This document shows, piece after piece, positions 9,749-16,987 of a stretch of DNA of 64,000 bases (its first letter is position 1; each line of letters starts with the position of its first letter). The notes under the pieces are model-generated. The model ran no database searches, had not been told where the DNA came from, and saw only the letters and a program-made list of their open reading frames with translations. The position numbers and the translations under genes were made by a program. Source of the stretch: a virus; the IMG/VR virus record IMGVR_UViG_3300050821_014614. One strand, 5' to 3'.

Positions 9749-10501
9749 TCAGGTGAGGGCGATCAGCGCGAGCGCTTCCGGCATCTTCGCGATTCCAGGC
9801 CCGTACGATGCCGGAAGCGAATGCTCGAAATGCGCGTCGAGCGCCTGGCCGACGCTGATGGCGTTCAGCCATCCGTCAAAAACCGCCGTCATGCCAGCGT
9901 GGATGAACTGCGGACGGGGTGGACAATGCGTAACGATGTCCTTCGTATTGGAAACTCGCACCAGGGTGATCTTCGCGTCGCAATGCGTCTTCCACGCCAC
10001 ATCGCCGACCCGCGGGCTGGCGAACACGATGCAGGTGACGGGCAGGGAAGTCCCGCCCGCGATACTCGCGGCCGCAAGGGTTGCGGCGGCAGCGCCCAGC
10101 GAATGGCCGATTACGCAGAATTGCGTGCCAGCGCGCGTGTCCGCGATCGCGGAACGGATCGAAGGCAAGAGCGCTTCGAGCAGGCGCTGAAAACCGGCGT
10201 GTACTTTAAACCCGCCGACGTCCTCAAGTACCGATTCGAAATCGTCGATCCATTCGTCCGGCGTTTCCGTGCCGCGGATCGCGATATAAACCACGTTGCC
10301 CGCGGTGGCCACGAAACCGAAGTAGGGGTTGTCCGGCGAGATCTTGCCGAGAGGGCGGTCAAGTTGAATTGACCGGATTGAAGCGTAACCTGCGGGCAGC
10401 GCCGGCGTTTCGGAAACCACGGTATACGCCGCCTCGGCCAGCGGCAGCGCTACTTCAAGCAGGAACGCTTTGTCGATCAGCATTTGTAATCGCGAATCCA
10501 C
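9749..10501 (-). CDS. class 3 lipase-like alpha/beta hydrolase
   Basis: 250 aa; nucleophile elbow VIGHSLGAAAATLAA (GxSxG). Confidence 0.75.
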   Translation of the reverse strand: MDSRLQMLIDKAFLLEVALPLAEAAYTVVSETPALPAGYASIRSIQLDRPLGKISPDNPYFGFVATAGNVVYIAIRGTETPDEWIDDFESVLEDVGGFKVHAGFQRLLEALLPSIRSAIADTRAGTQFCVIGHSLGAAAATLAAASIAGGTSLPVTCIVFASPRVGDVAWKTHCDAKITLVRVSNTKDIVTHCPPRPQFIHAGMTAVFDGWLNAISVGQALDAHFEHSLPASYGPGIAKMPEALALIALT

Positions 10502-10932
10502 GCGCGGATCAAGAGCTGCAGCGGGCTGATGTGGAACGCCTCCGCCTCCGCCATCGCCTGCGCATTGGTCCAGTGATCCACGCTCATCCGGTACGCCGCG
10601 ATTACGGCGCCGGTTCGATCCTCACCGTGTTTGCAGTGCACGAAGCAAACGAAATCCGGATCCGCGATCAGATCGAAGATCTGAGCAATCTGCATTTCCA
10701 TCGGCGGCTCGACACCGAAAGTAAGCTCCGTCGCGCCGATGGCGATATTGTGATGCGCCATCCCGAGCGTCTCGCAGTCGATCGATTCGTCGGTGCGGCC
10801 GAAAGGCTCGCGAAGATCGATCACGGTCGTTACGCCTAGCGCCTTCAGCTCCGCGAACTGCGCGTCGGTGGGTTGCGCGCCACGATAGAGCTTGCCTGGA
10901 ACGACGACGCCGAAGTTGGTGATGGTGGTCAG
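10477..10932 (-). CDS. CX5R protein tyrosine/dual-specificity phosphatase-like protein
   Basis: P-loop VHCKHGEDRTG. No ATG/GTG/TTG close to the domain start, so start provisionally placed at CTG 10932 (CTGA overlap with upstream stop). Track ORF extends to 11328 across another coding frame. Confidence 0.7.
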   Translation of the reverse strand: MTTITNFGVVVPGKLYRGAQPTDAQFAELKALGVTTVIDLREPFGRTDESIDCETLGMAHHNIAIGATELTFGVEPPMEMQIAQIFDLIADPDFVCFVHCKHGEDRTGAVIAAYRMSVDHWTNAQAMAEAEAFHISPLQLLIRAWIRDYKC

Positions 10933-11294
10933 AACGGATGCCCCGCGGCGTAAACCCGCGCCGCCAGGATGACGACGACAGCTACAACCAACGCGGCCGT
11001 CTTCACCGTTAGATTGAAGCGCGCTTTCCGCGTTAGCTTCGCCGGCGGCGCGACCGTCACTGCAATCGCGGGCCCGATGGGGCCAGCCACGCCGGGCTGC
11101 CCCGCGGCGCCGCCGTCGATCTCGACCGGGAGCGATACCGTATTCGGTATAACCTGCGATGCTCCATCCGTCGCCGGGACCAGCAGCGGACTGTCCGCCG
11201 GAATCTGCATCAGGGTGCCAGTCGGCCCAATCGGATCGCCCTGCTGTGCGAAGGCGCAAACAGCGAGGAGCGCGAAGGTAAGAAGGAGTTTCAT
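10929..11294 (-). CDS. exported protein with C-terminal membrane anchor
   Basis: Track ORF trimmed to ATG 11294; MKLLLTFALLAVCAFAQQ signal peptide; C-terminal TAALVVAVVVILAARVYAA helix. Confidence 0.6.
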   Translation of the reverse strand: MKLLLTFALLAVCAFAQQGDPIGPTGTLMQIPADSPLLVPATDGASQVIPNTVSLPVEIDGGAAGQPGVAGPIGPAIAVTVAPPAKLTRKARFNLTVKTAALVVAVVVILAARVYAAGHPF

Positions 11295-11467
11295 TCTTTT
11301 CGGTCGCCAACAGACTCGCGGAGCGCAAGCGCTACATGGCCCACATCCCGCCAGGTCGCCCTGATCTCGGGCGGAAGGTTTTTCCACGACGGGTAAACGT
11401 TTTGATCGCCCAGCCGCGATCTCAGCCACGTACGGAAGAGCTGCTCCGCGAACGCATCGCTGGTCAC
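11291..11467 (-). CDS. small protein, paralog of ORF 12438-12692
   Basis: 58 aa from GTG 11467 (GTGA overlap with sigma stop); shares an F.E.L...SR...P.W..P..RA.WR...AL.L pattern with the 84-aa ORF. Confidence 0.5.
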   Translation of the reverse strand: MTSDAFAEQLFRTWLRSRLGDQNVYPSWKNLPPEIRATWRDVGHVALALRESVGDRKE

Positions 11468-11994
11468 GCGGCAGCCCGCATAACCCTGAGCGCTCTGGCC
11501 TCGATCTGGCTTGCGCGGCATTCACTTACGCCAAAGGAGAGTCCGACTGCCTTCAACGTTTCTCCGCGCATGCGCCGGCGAACCAGTTCGCAATCGCGAT
11601 CCTTGAGGCCGCCCATGAGAGTCTCGACATCGAGCGCGGCTTCCATCGCGGGCCATGGATCCACGGCGGGGCCTTTGTTCACGCGAAGCTCGAGGTCTCC
11701 ATTTTTACGTCTGTACCCGGCATCGATAGATACCATCGCCCCATAGGCGAATCCCACACGGCGGTTACCGGTTTCCTGCCTGAGGGCATCCAGCGCCGCG
11801 AATCTCATTCGGCTGTGGACCCGGGCCTCTTCCGAACCCAGACCGTTCCAACTTCGAAAAGCGGGTATAGAGGCCATCAGAGCCTCCTGTTTCAGATCGT
11901 CGACAGGAATTCTGAAGCCCGTGATGCGGGAGATCCGCCAGGCAATACTTTGTGCGCGGCCCGCGTACTTCGCGACAATCTCGTCATCCGTCAT
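11464..11994 (-). CDS. sigma-70 family sigma factor (small, ECF/group-4-like)
   Basis: 176 aa; region-2-like DDLKQEALMASIPAFRSW and region-4.2-like LSFGVSECRASQIEARALRVMR. Confidence 0.75.
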   Translation of the reverse strand: MTDDEIVAKYAGRAQSIAWRISRITGFRIPVDDLKQEALMASIPAFRSWNGLGSEEARVHSRMRFAALDALRQETGNRRVGFAYGAMVSIDAGYRRKNGDLELRVNKGPAVDPWPAMEAALDVETLMGGLKDRDCELVRRRMRGETLKAVGLSFGVSECRASQIEARALRVMRAAA

Positions 11995-11997
11995 AAC

Positions 11998-12441
11998 TCA
12001 TTTAGTGAGCTGGTGGATATTACTGCCGACCGCGATGCCGAGCGGAACGGCTAACCCCGCGTTAACCACTGTGATCGTGAAAACATAGTTGGGCGTGCTC
12101 TTGCCGAGCCACACCGGAATCCACTCAGCCAGGCCGGCCGCAGCCACCGCGATCTTTACCCCGGTGAATCGCGGCACATCGATCTGGCATGGCGCCGAGA
12201 TAAGCAGCGGGTTCAGCTCACACCCGCCGGTGCCCGGGAACGCGCCCCGTCTGGTGGTGGCATAATCGCCGACGTTAATCATCTGCAGGATCGTGTCTGT
12301 GATCAGCATCCCGTCGAGAGACTTACGACTCGAATGGAAGCTGGCCACCGGATGTACAACCCACTTCAGCGGCATCGACACCGTGAGCGATGCGGCGTGG
12401 GCAGACAGCGCCAGGAAGGCGATAAGGAGTAGCATTTTCAT
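11998..12441 (-). CDS. exported/membrane protein
   Basis: Trimmed to ATG 12441; MKMLLLIAFLALSAHA signal peptide; two C-terminal hydrophobic helices. Confidence 0.6.
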   Translation of the reverse strand: MKMLLLIAFLALSAHAASLTVSMPLKWVVHPVASFHSSRKSLDGMLITDTILQMINVGDYATTRRGAFPGTGGCELNPLLISAPCQIDVPRFTGVKIAVAAAGLAEWIPVWLGKSTPNYVFTITVVNAGLAVPLGIAVGSNIHQLTK

Positions 12442-12692
12442 GGCTGGTGATACATCGCATTCGGGCCGACAGGCGCCCGGAGATATGCAGTCCGGACCTG
12501 CGGCGCCAATCTCAGCGCGGTCTCCGCGGCGGATCGCCACGCGGCTCTGACGCACGGCGACATGTCTTCAAATAGCGGGTTGACGTCGACTCCGGACTCC
12601 GGCGGGAAGCGCGATGCAAAGAACGCGGTATAGAGAAATTCGGTGAAGTCGGAAAGGCTGAGGCCTTCGGGCTTCGGAACGGGAACGGTCAC
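12438..12692 (-). CDS. small protein, paralog of ORF 11291-11467
   Basis: 84 aa from GTG 12692 (GTGA overlap); ATGA overlap with the next ORF. Confidence 0.5.
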   Translation of the reverse strand: MTVPVPKPEGLSLSDFTEFLYTAFFASRFPPESGVDVNPLFEDMSPCVRAAWRSAAETALRLAPQVRTAYLRAPVGPNAMYHQP

Positions 12693-12760
12693 GCGCGCGG
12701 CCTCCAGTGGAGGGCGAGTATCAGGGCCGAGAGGATCAGCACGGTGACGAGTTCTTTCAT
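12689..12760 (-). CDS. 23-aa hydrophobic micro-ORF
   Basis: MKELVTVLILSALILALHWRPRA; ATGA overlap upstream and GTGA overlap downstream. Confidence 0.3.
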   Translation of the reverse strand: MKELVTVLILSALILALHWRPRA

Positions 12761-12930
12761 TTGTGCAGCCCGTCGCGGCCCGTGGCGCCTGTCGCACCCA
12801 CGGCACCGGTGGCTCCTGTCGTTTTCGCCGCCTTCGCTTCGAGCTTCCGGACCCGGTGTTCGAGGACCGCACCGCAGAGCAGAAGCGCCATCACCGCGAC
12901 GCACAGCACCACCGTCATCGGGTCTGTCAT
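12757..12930 (-). CDS. 57-aa membrane micro-protein with short collagen-like tail (below track threshold)
   Basis: MTDPMTVVLCVAVMALLLCGAVLEHRVRKLEAKAAKTTGATGAVGATGATGRDGLHK; ATGA overlaps at both ends. Confidence 0.45.
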   Translation of the reverse strand: MTDPMTVVLCVAVMALLLCGAVLEHRVRKLEAKAAKTTGATGAVGATGATGRDGLHK

Positions 12931-13541
12931 TTCTTCGCCTTTGGCGCGTCCGCTTTCTTCACGTCCGCCGCTTCGATCTCAACCGGAGTATCGCGGCCGA
13001 ACATGGGCAACATTAAAGTGAGGAGCGTGCCGCCTTTGATTCGGGCGATCACGGCGGAGCGCCCCGCGAACGATCCGGATTTCACCGTGACCGAAGCACC
13101 TACCACATAAGGGCAGCATGCGTCGGGAACGGTTGACTCGATCACTTGTCGCAGGTCCGCGATTTCGCAATCAGGAATCGAAACGGGAATCTGGTCGATA
13201 CTCAAAATCGTTACAACGCCGCGCGCCCGGCTGATCGATGGCGCATCGGCCGGATCGAACCGCGCAAAGATATAGCCCGGGAACAAGGGCCGCGTCGTGA
13301 CCTTCTCACGATCGCTCCACTTCACGCGTTCATCCCAGGTCGGGAGAAATTCCTCGACGCCTTCGCCGCGGAGCTGGTCACGAACCGAAAATTCGAAACG
13401 CGATCTGGTCTGGATAGCGAACCAGGAAGGTGAAGCCGCTACGCGGGCGTCCGGGGAGAACGCAGACCTCTGCAGCGCGGGCGAAACGACGGGAATCTGA
13501 TGCACTACGTGCCCTTGAGTCCCGGATTCCACCTGGTGCAT
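12927..13541 (-). CDS. NusG/RfaH-family transcription antiterminator paralog (NGN + KOW)
   Basis: WFAIQTRSRFEFSVRDQLRGEGVEEFLPTW...PLFPGYIFARF (NGN-like) and GASVTVKSGSFAGRSAVIARIKG (KOW-like); start set to ATG 13541, the track TTG 13598 lies inside the promoter-like motif. Confidence 0.8.
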   Translation of the reverse strand: MHQVESGTQGHVVHQIPVVSPALQRSAFSPDARVAASPSWFAIQTRSRFEFSVRDQLRGEGVEEFLPTWDERVKWSDREKVTTRPLFPGYIFARFDPADAPSISRARGVVTILSIDQIPVSIPDCEIADLRQVIESTVPDACCPYVVGASVTVKSGSFAGRSAVIARIKGGTLLTLMLPMFGRDTPVEIEAADVKKADAPKAKK

Positions 13542-13570
13542 TTGAAGTTGCGTAACGGCCTCACGAGCCC

Positions 13571-13610
13571 TATCGGCGCGCGCCGGAAAAACGTGCAAAC
13601 GCGAATTTAG
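13571..13610 (-). promoter_or_regulatory. conserved motif copy A (TTGCAC-17 nt-CGATAG), promoter-like
   Basis: Minus-strand reading CTAAATTCGCGTTTGCACGTTTTTCCGGCGCGCGCCGATA; similar to copies at 14007-14050 and 50401-50444. Confidence 0.55.
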
Positions 13611-14002
13611 TTCTTCGCCTGCACTGCGTCGCCGAGGGCTTTTGTCACCCGCAAAAGCTTGTCGTTGATGTGATTGCCGATATCGATTGCAGTCGCGCTG
13701 GCATCGGTCGATTCCTGCACCTTGCTGACGATGTGGGCCTCGCTTGCGTCGCGCTGTATGACGGCGGCGGCGAATGCGAGGCGGACCTGTTCCGCCTGGA
13801 AGTCGCGCGATTCTTTTTCGCGCGCATAGCGGTTGGCTTCAGCGGCGCGGTCGGCGCGGCGATTGATGGCAGTCGTGATGATCGAGCAGAAACCGGCGAC
13901 GATGGTGCCATAGAGCGCGAGATGCGCGCCGTCGGGCTGCGCGAGGATCACCGCAACGCTGCCGAGGCTCGCTGCCTGCAAGGCTGAGGGTAGATGTTCC
14001 AA
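13607..14002 (-). CDS. membrane protein (two N-terminal helices, coiled-coil tail)
   Basis: 131 aa ORF with TTG start abutting motif copy B; the true start may be further in. Confidence 0.55.
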   Translation of the reverse strand: MEHLPSALQAASLGSVAVILAQPDGAHLALYGTIVAGFCSIITTAINRRADRAAEANRYAREKESRDFQAEQVRLAFAAAVIQRDASEAHIVSKVQESTDASATAIDIGNHINDKLLRVTKALGDAVQAKN

Positions 14003-14006
14003 GTCA

Positions 14007-14050
14007 GCTAATCGGCGCGCGCGGGGGAAACGTGCAAACGGGCGGTTTAG
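14007..14050 (-). promoter_or_regulatory. conserved motif copy B (TTGCAC-17 nt-CGATTA), promoter-like
   Basis: CTAAACCGCCCGTTTGCACGTTTCCCCCGCGCGCGCCGATTAGC on the minus strand, in the divergent gap between late and early blocks. Confidence 0.55.
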
Positions 14051-14158
14051 GGGGTGGGTTTATTTTCGCGGAATGACTTGACAACAAACCAGCAAAATGC
14101 TATTCTTAGGGAGTACCTGATTAGACCAGCCTGGCAACCCCGGGCGGAGAACAAAACA

Positions 14159-14317
14159 ATGACCAACGAAGAAATGCAGCACTCGATAGAGGCCCACGAC
14201 CGGCAAATCAATTCCGTGGTTGCGCTGCTGGCGACACTCGCGGAACGCCTTAACTCCCTGGTGCACCTGGCTGAAATCCAGAATCAGCGCATCACCCGGC
14301 TGGAAGGCAACGTATAG
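14159..14317 (+). CDS. small coiled-coil protein
   Basis: Trimmed to ATG 14159 with GGAGA 8 nt upstream; followed by a terminator. Confidence 0.5.
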   Translation: MTNEEMQHSIEAHDRQINSVVALLATLAERLNSLVHLAEIQNQRITRLEGNV

Positions 14318-14325
14318 GTAAGGCA

Positions 14326-14352
14326 GGGCGCGGCCTTCGCGCCCTTTTTTAT
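14326..14352 (+). terminator. rho-independent terminator
   Basis: GGGCGCG-GCCTT-CGCGCCC stem-loop followed by TTTTTTATT. Confidence 0.6.
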
Positions 14353-14386
14353 TCGACCAGCGCGGCATTCCGCGCGGAGGGAAAAG

Positions 14387-14632
14387 ATGATGAAGATTAC
14401 CAGCCTCACCCCAAGTCAAATCGCCGCTGGCATGACGATCGAGGATGTCGAGAAACAGCGCGCAGAATATTGGGAACGGCGCAAAATGGCGCGCATAGAA
14501 CGCAACCAGGCGATGCTCAATACGGGTATAGACATCTGGCCCGGCATGCCGAAAGACGGGATCTTCCGTGACGGCCAGGATCCCAGTAATGATTGCCGCG
14601 ATGACGAAGCATTAGGCGAGCCGGCACTGTGA
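14387..14632 (+). CDS. hypothetical protein
   Basis: 81 aa; GGAGGG Shine-Dalgarno 5-6 nt upstream. Confidence 0.55.
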   Translation: MMKITSLTPSQIAAGMTIEDVEKQRAEYWERRKMARIERNQAMLNTGIDIWPGMPKDGIFRDGQDPSNDCRDDEALGEPAL

Positions 14633-14994
14633 CACTCACCGTCATCATCACGAAGGATAACCAGCCTCGCAGCTTCCGCTGGGGCATTCGCGCGGGCGTC
14701 AACCAGCCGAACGAACTCGGCCTCTCCCGCGCCGAGGCGAACCCCGCCAAAGCCCGCCGCGCGGCCGAACGGGTGTTCGGCCCGCTCGAATGGATCGACG
14801 CCGCAGAAGCGGGCGCGGACGAGCGGAATTCATACGTCGTCGAGTGCGCGAAAGTAGATGCGGGCGCTGCCGCGCCTCTCTGCCCGAATTGCAAGCTACC
14901 CCTCGCTTATTTCGCTGGTCCGGAGAAAGGCGAGCGCGGCATGGTTTGCCAAACGCCAGGGTGCAACGATAAAAACGAATATGCCGTCGGCTAA
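14629..14994 (+). CDS. hypothetical protein with C-terminal Cys4 zinc-ribbon-like motif
   Basis: 121 aa; GTGA overlap with the previous stop; CPNC...CQTPGC. Confidence 0.55.
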   Translation: MTLTVIITKDNQPRSFRWGIRAGVNQPNELGLSRAEANPAKARRAAERVFGPLEWIDAAEAGADERNSYVVECAKVDAGAAAPLCPNCKLPLAYFAGPEKGERGMVCQTPGCNDKNEYAVG

Positions 14995-15166
14995 ACCCCT
15001 TTCCGCGATCCGCCGTGCCGCCTCGCTCTCCCGTAAGACGTTCAGTGGGGGAAGAGCCGGCGGCCGCCCAACGATCGCGGACCGCTGCCCGTGCGGATCG
15101 ATGACACGGGCGCGGGCGGAAAAACGCCGGCATCGGTGCGCGTCAAGCGGCGCGAAATCGGAGTAG
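14981..15166 (+). CDS. small basic Cys-containing protein
   Basis: 61 aa from ATG 14981 inside track ORF 14858-15166; GGRPTIADRCPCGSMTRARAEKRRHRC. Confidence 0.4.
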   Translation: MPSAKPLSAIRRAASLSRKTFSGGRAGGRPTIADRCPCGSMTRARAEKRRHRCASSGAKSE

Positions 15167-15176
15167 ACTTAGACGC

Positions 15177-15380
15177 ATGCACGGTCTCTCCAGCATCACT
15201 CTCCCCTCTGGCAACCTTCCGGTTCGCGGCGCGCTGAATAATATTCAGACGACGTCGAACGAAGCGCTGCGCTCGATCGCCGAGCAGGCGGACCAGCTCG
15301 TCTACTTCGAAGCCATCCGGCGATGGGCCGAGACGAACGCGAAATCGCTCAGCGGGAAGACGCAGGGCGCGACGGGTTAA
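15177..15380 (+). CDS. hypothetical protein
   Basis: 67 aa ORF, last gene of a short plus-strand run. Confidence 0.45.
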   Translation: MHGLSSITLPSGNLPVRGALNNIQTTSNEALRSIAEQADQLVYFEAIRRWAETNAKSLSGKTQGATG

Positions 15381-15925
15381 ACCCCGAGCGCGGCGCCCGT
15401 CGTTTTCGGCGCCGGCACTTCACCTTCGATAGCCTCCACGAAACGATCCTCGTCGTTCGCCACCGCGTAACAAAGCTGGCGGATCTGCGCCAGTGCGCCG
15501 AGGCCAGTCGGATCGGTGATGTGAATGGCCCCCCGGGTGACGGTCAGCGTTGCCGGCAGATCCGCCATCTTGGTGCGGCGCAGCTTCCGCGCATCCGTCT
15601 CCGGAGGCAGCTTGACCGCGTGAAGAAATAGATCGCTGACAGCGTCGTTCAGGGTTTCCCGCAGCTTGGCCCGCCGCTGAATTTCGGCCTCGACTTCTTC
15701 GCCATCGCCTCGCGCAATCGCCTCCAACCCGGCGATCAGCGCGCGCCGTTCCGCCATGCCGCCATATTCGGCCGAGGCGAAACGCGCCAGTAGCTTTTGG
15801 GCTACACGCAGGTTGAGCTTCAGGATTCCGGCCAGCGTTTTGGCGTCGACGACCACCGACGAAAGGCGCTTCAGCGCGCTTATCGATTCCGGAAGTCGTA
15901 CAATCCACTCAGCTTTGCGGGCCAC
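15377..15925 (-). CDS. hypothetical regulator, candidate lysogeny repressor (position-based)
   Basis: 182 aa lone minus-strand gene divergent from the early operon across a TTGCA-rich operator region. Confidence 0.5.
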   Translation of the reverse strand: MARKAEWIVRLPESISALKRLSSVVVDAKTLAGILKLNLRVAQKLLARFASAEYGGMAERRALIAGLEAIARGDGEEVEAEIQRRAKLRETLNDAVSDLFLHAVKLPPETDARKLRRTKMADLPATLTVTRGAIHITDPTGLGALAQIRQLCYAVANDEDRFVEAIEGEVPAPKTTGAALGV

Positions 15926-15990
15926 GTTGAAACCTCCTTTTATCCTCTACGTTCGTTCGCGTCGCGAATCTATGGACTACGATAGCTCGG

Positions 15991-16044
15991 GGTTGCAGTG
16001 CATTGCAAGAGGTTGCATATATAAGTTGCAAGGCGCTGCAACCC
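15991..16044. promoter_or_regulatory. operator-like cluster of five TTGCA / TGCAACC sites
   Basis: TTGCA at 15993, 16004, 16013 and 16026, plus CTGCAACC at 16036, in the divergent intergenic region. Confidence 0.55.
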
Positions 16045-16054
16045 TCGCTATACT
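16026..16054 (+). promoter_or_regulatory. sigma-70-type early promoter
   Basis: TTGCAA-17 nt-TATACT, then GGAGG and ATG at 16078. Confidence 0.6.
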
Positions 16055-16077
16055 CGCAGACGAACGGAGGCGAAGCG

Positions 16078-16368
16078 ATGGTCCATTACCGGCTTTTGCC
16101 CGTGTCACTTCAGGAAGGGATGCGGCGCTATATTGAGTTCGGCGTTCGACCCGGATCATTTCTCAACTCGTGCCTTGAGAACAATCTCGCCAGCGCAATC
16201 AGCCGCGCCGACGACGATAATCTGCGCGGGATATCGCGGGTCGTGAACTTCCTGCTCTACGAGGCGCCGGCCGGATCGTGGGGATCCGAGGCAGCGGTTC
16301 AGTACTGGGTTGATGCAGCTGCGGAACGGGAGCGTCAGCTCCGCGAAGCGCCGGCGGTGAACGTATGA
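16078..16368 (+). CDS. hypothetical early protein
   Basis: Track ORF 16003-16368 trimmed to ATG 16078 (MVHYRLLPVS...), which has a GGAGG SD. Confidence 0.55.
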   Translation: MVHYRLLPVSLQEGMRRYIEFGVRPGSFLNSCLENNLASAISRADDDNLRGISRVVNFLLYEAPAGSWGSEAAVQYWVDAAAERERQLREAPAVNV

Positions 16369-16676
16369 CGGCAGCACCGGTCCGCTTCGTACCCGGCGAC
16401 CGCGTCCGTATGTCCGCGACGAATAGCATCTGGAGCCGGCGAAGTGGAACGGTGGTTGCCCGCGTAGTGTCTAACGACGCTCTGCTTAGAGTGCGCTGGG
16501 ACGGTGCGAAGCATGAGCGCACGATCGCGGAGGATCGGCTGAAAAATAGTTACACGCCGTCACCAGAGCAGGCGCAAAAGAACTGCGATGATTTCCTTCT
16601 GGCGGGAACGAGACGCGAACGCGCCCTGCGCGAAAACGAGCGGCTGATGAAGAGCGGGACGGAGGCACCAAAGTGA
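16365..16676 (+). CDS. hypothetical early protein
   Basis: 103 aa; ATGA-type overlap with the previous ORF. Confidence 0.55.
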   Translation: MTAAPVRFVPGDRVRMSATNSIWSRRSGTVVARVVSNDALLRVRWDGAKHERTIAEDRLKNSYTPSPEQAQKNCDDFLLAGTRRERALRENERLMKSGTEAPK

Positions 16677-16942
16677 AGGCAACCGAGATTACGATCGGGA
16701 GGCAGTTCTATCTGGGCGTCGCGGGTCCGGCACAGACGCCGGAGACGCTGAGCGTCTCGATCAGCTGGAGCCTCGAAGGCGAAACAATCGAAGAGGCCGA
16801 AGCGAAGGCTGTCCCGAAACTCTACGAGATGGCGGAACGCGAGCGGCATCGGCGTTTCGAAATCATCAAGGCATGGAAAGCCAAACAGCCGGCGCGCACC
16901 GAACCGGTCGCGAAAGTCGAGGCCGCGAATGCCACACGCTGA
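16673..16942 (+). CDS. hypothetical early protein
   Basis: 89 aa; 4-nt overlap with the previous ORF. Confidence 0.55.
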   Translation: MKATEITIGRQFYLGVAGPAQTPETLSVSISWSLEGETIEEAEAKAVPKLYEMAERERHRRFEIIKAWKAKQPARTEPVAKVEAANATR

Positions 16943-16987
16943 ACCCGCGCAGGAACCGAGCCCTGAAGCGCCTTGCAGTGATGCGCA

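Noticed and set aside
10933-11328. N-terminal 130-aa extension of the phosphatase ORF as given in the track.
   Set aside because: It overlaps, in another frame, an ORF with a clear signal peptide and membrane anchor. The extension itself is Arg/Gly-rich filler.
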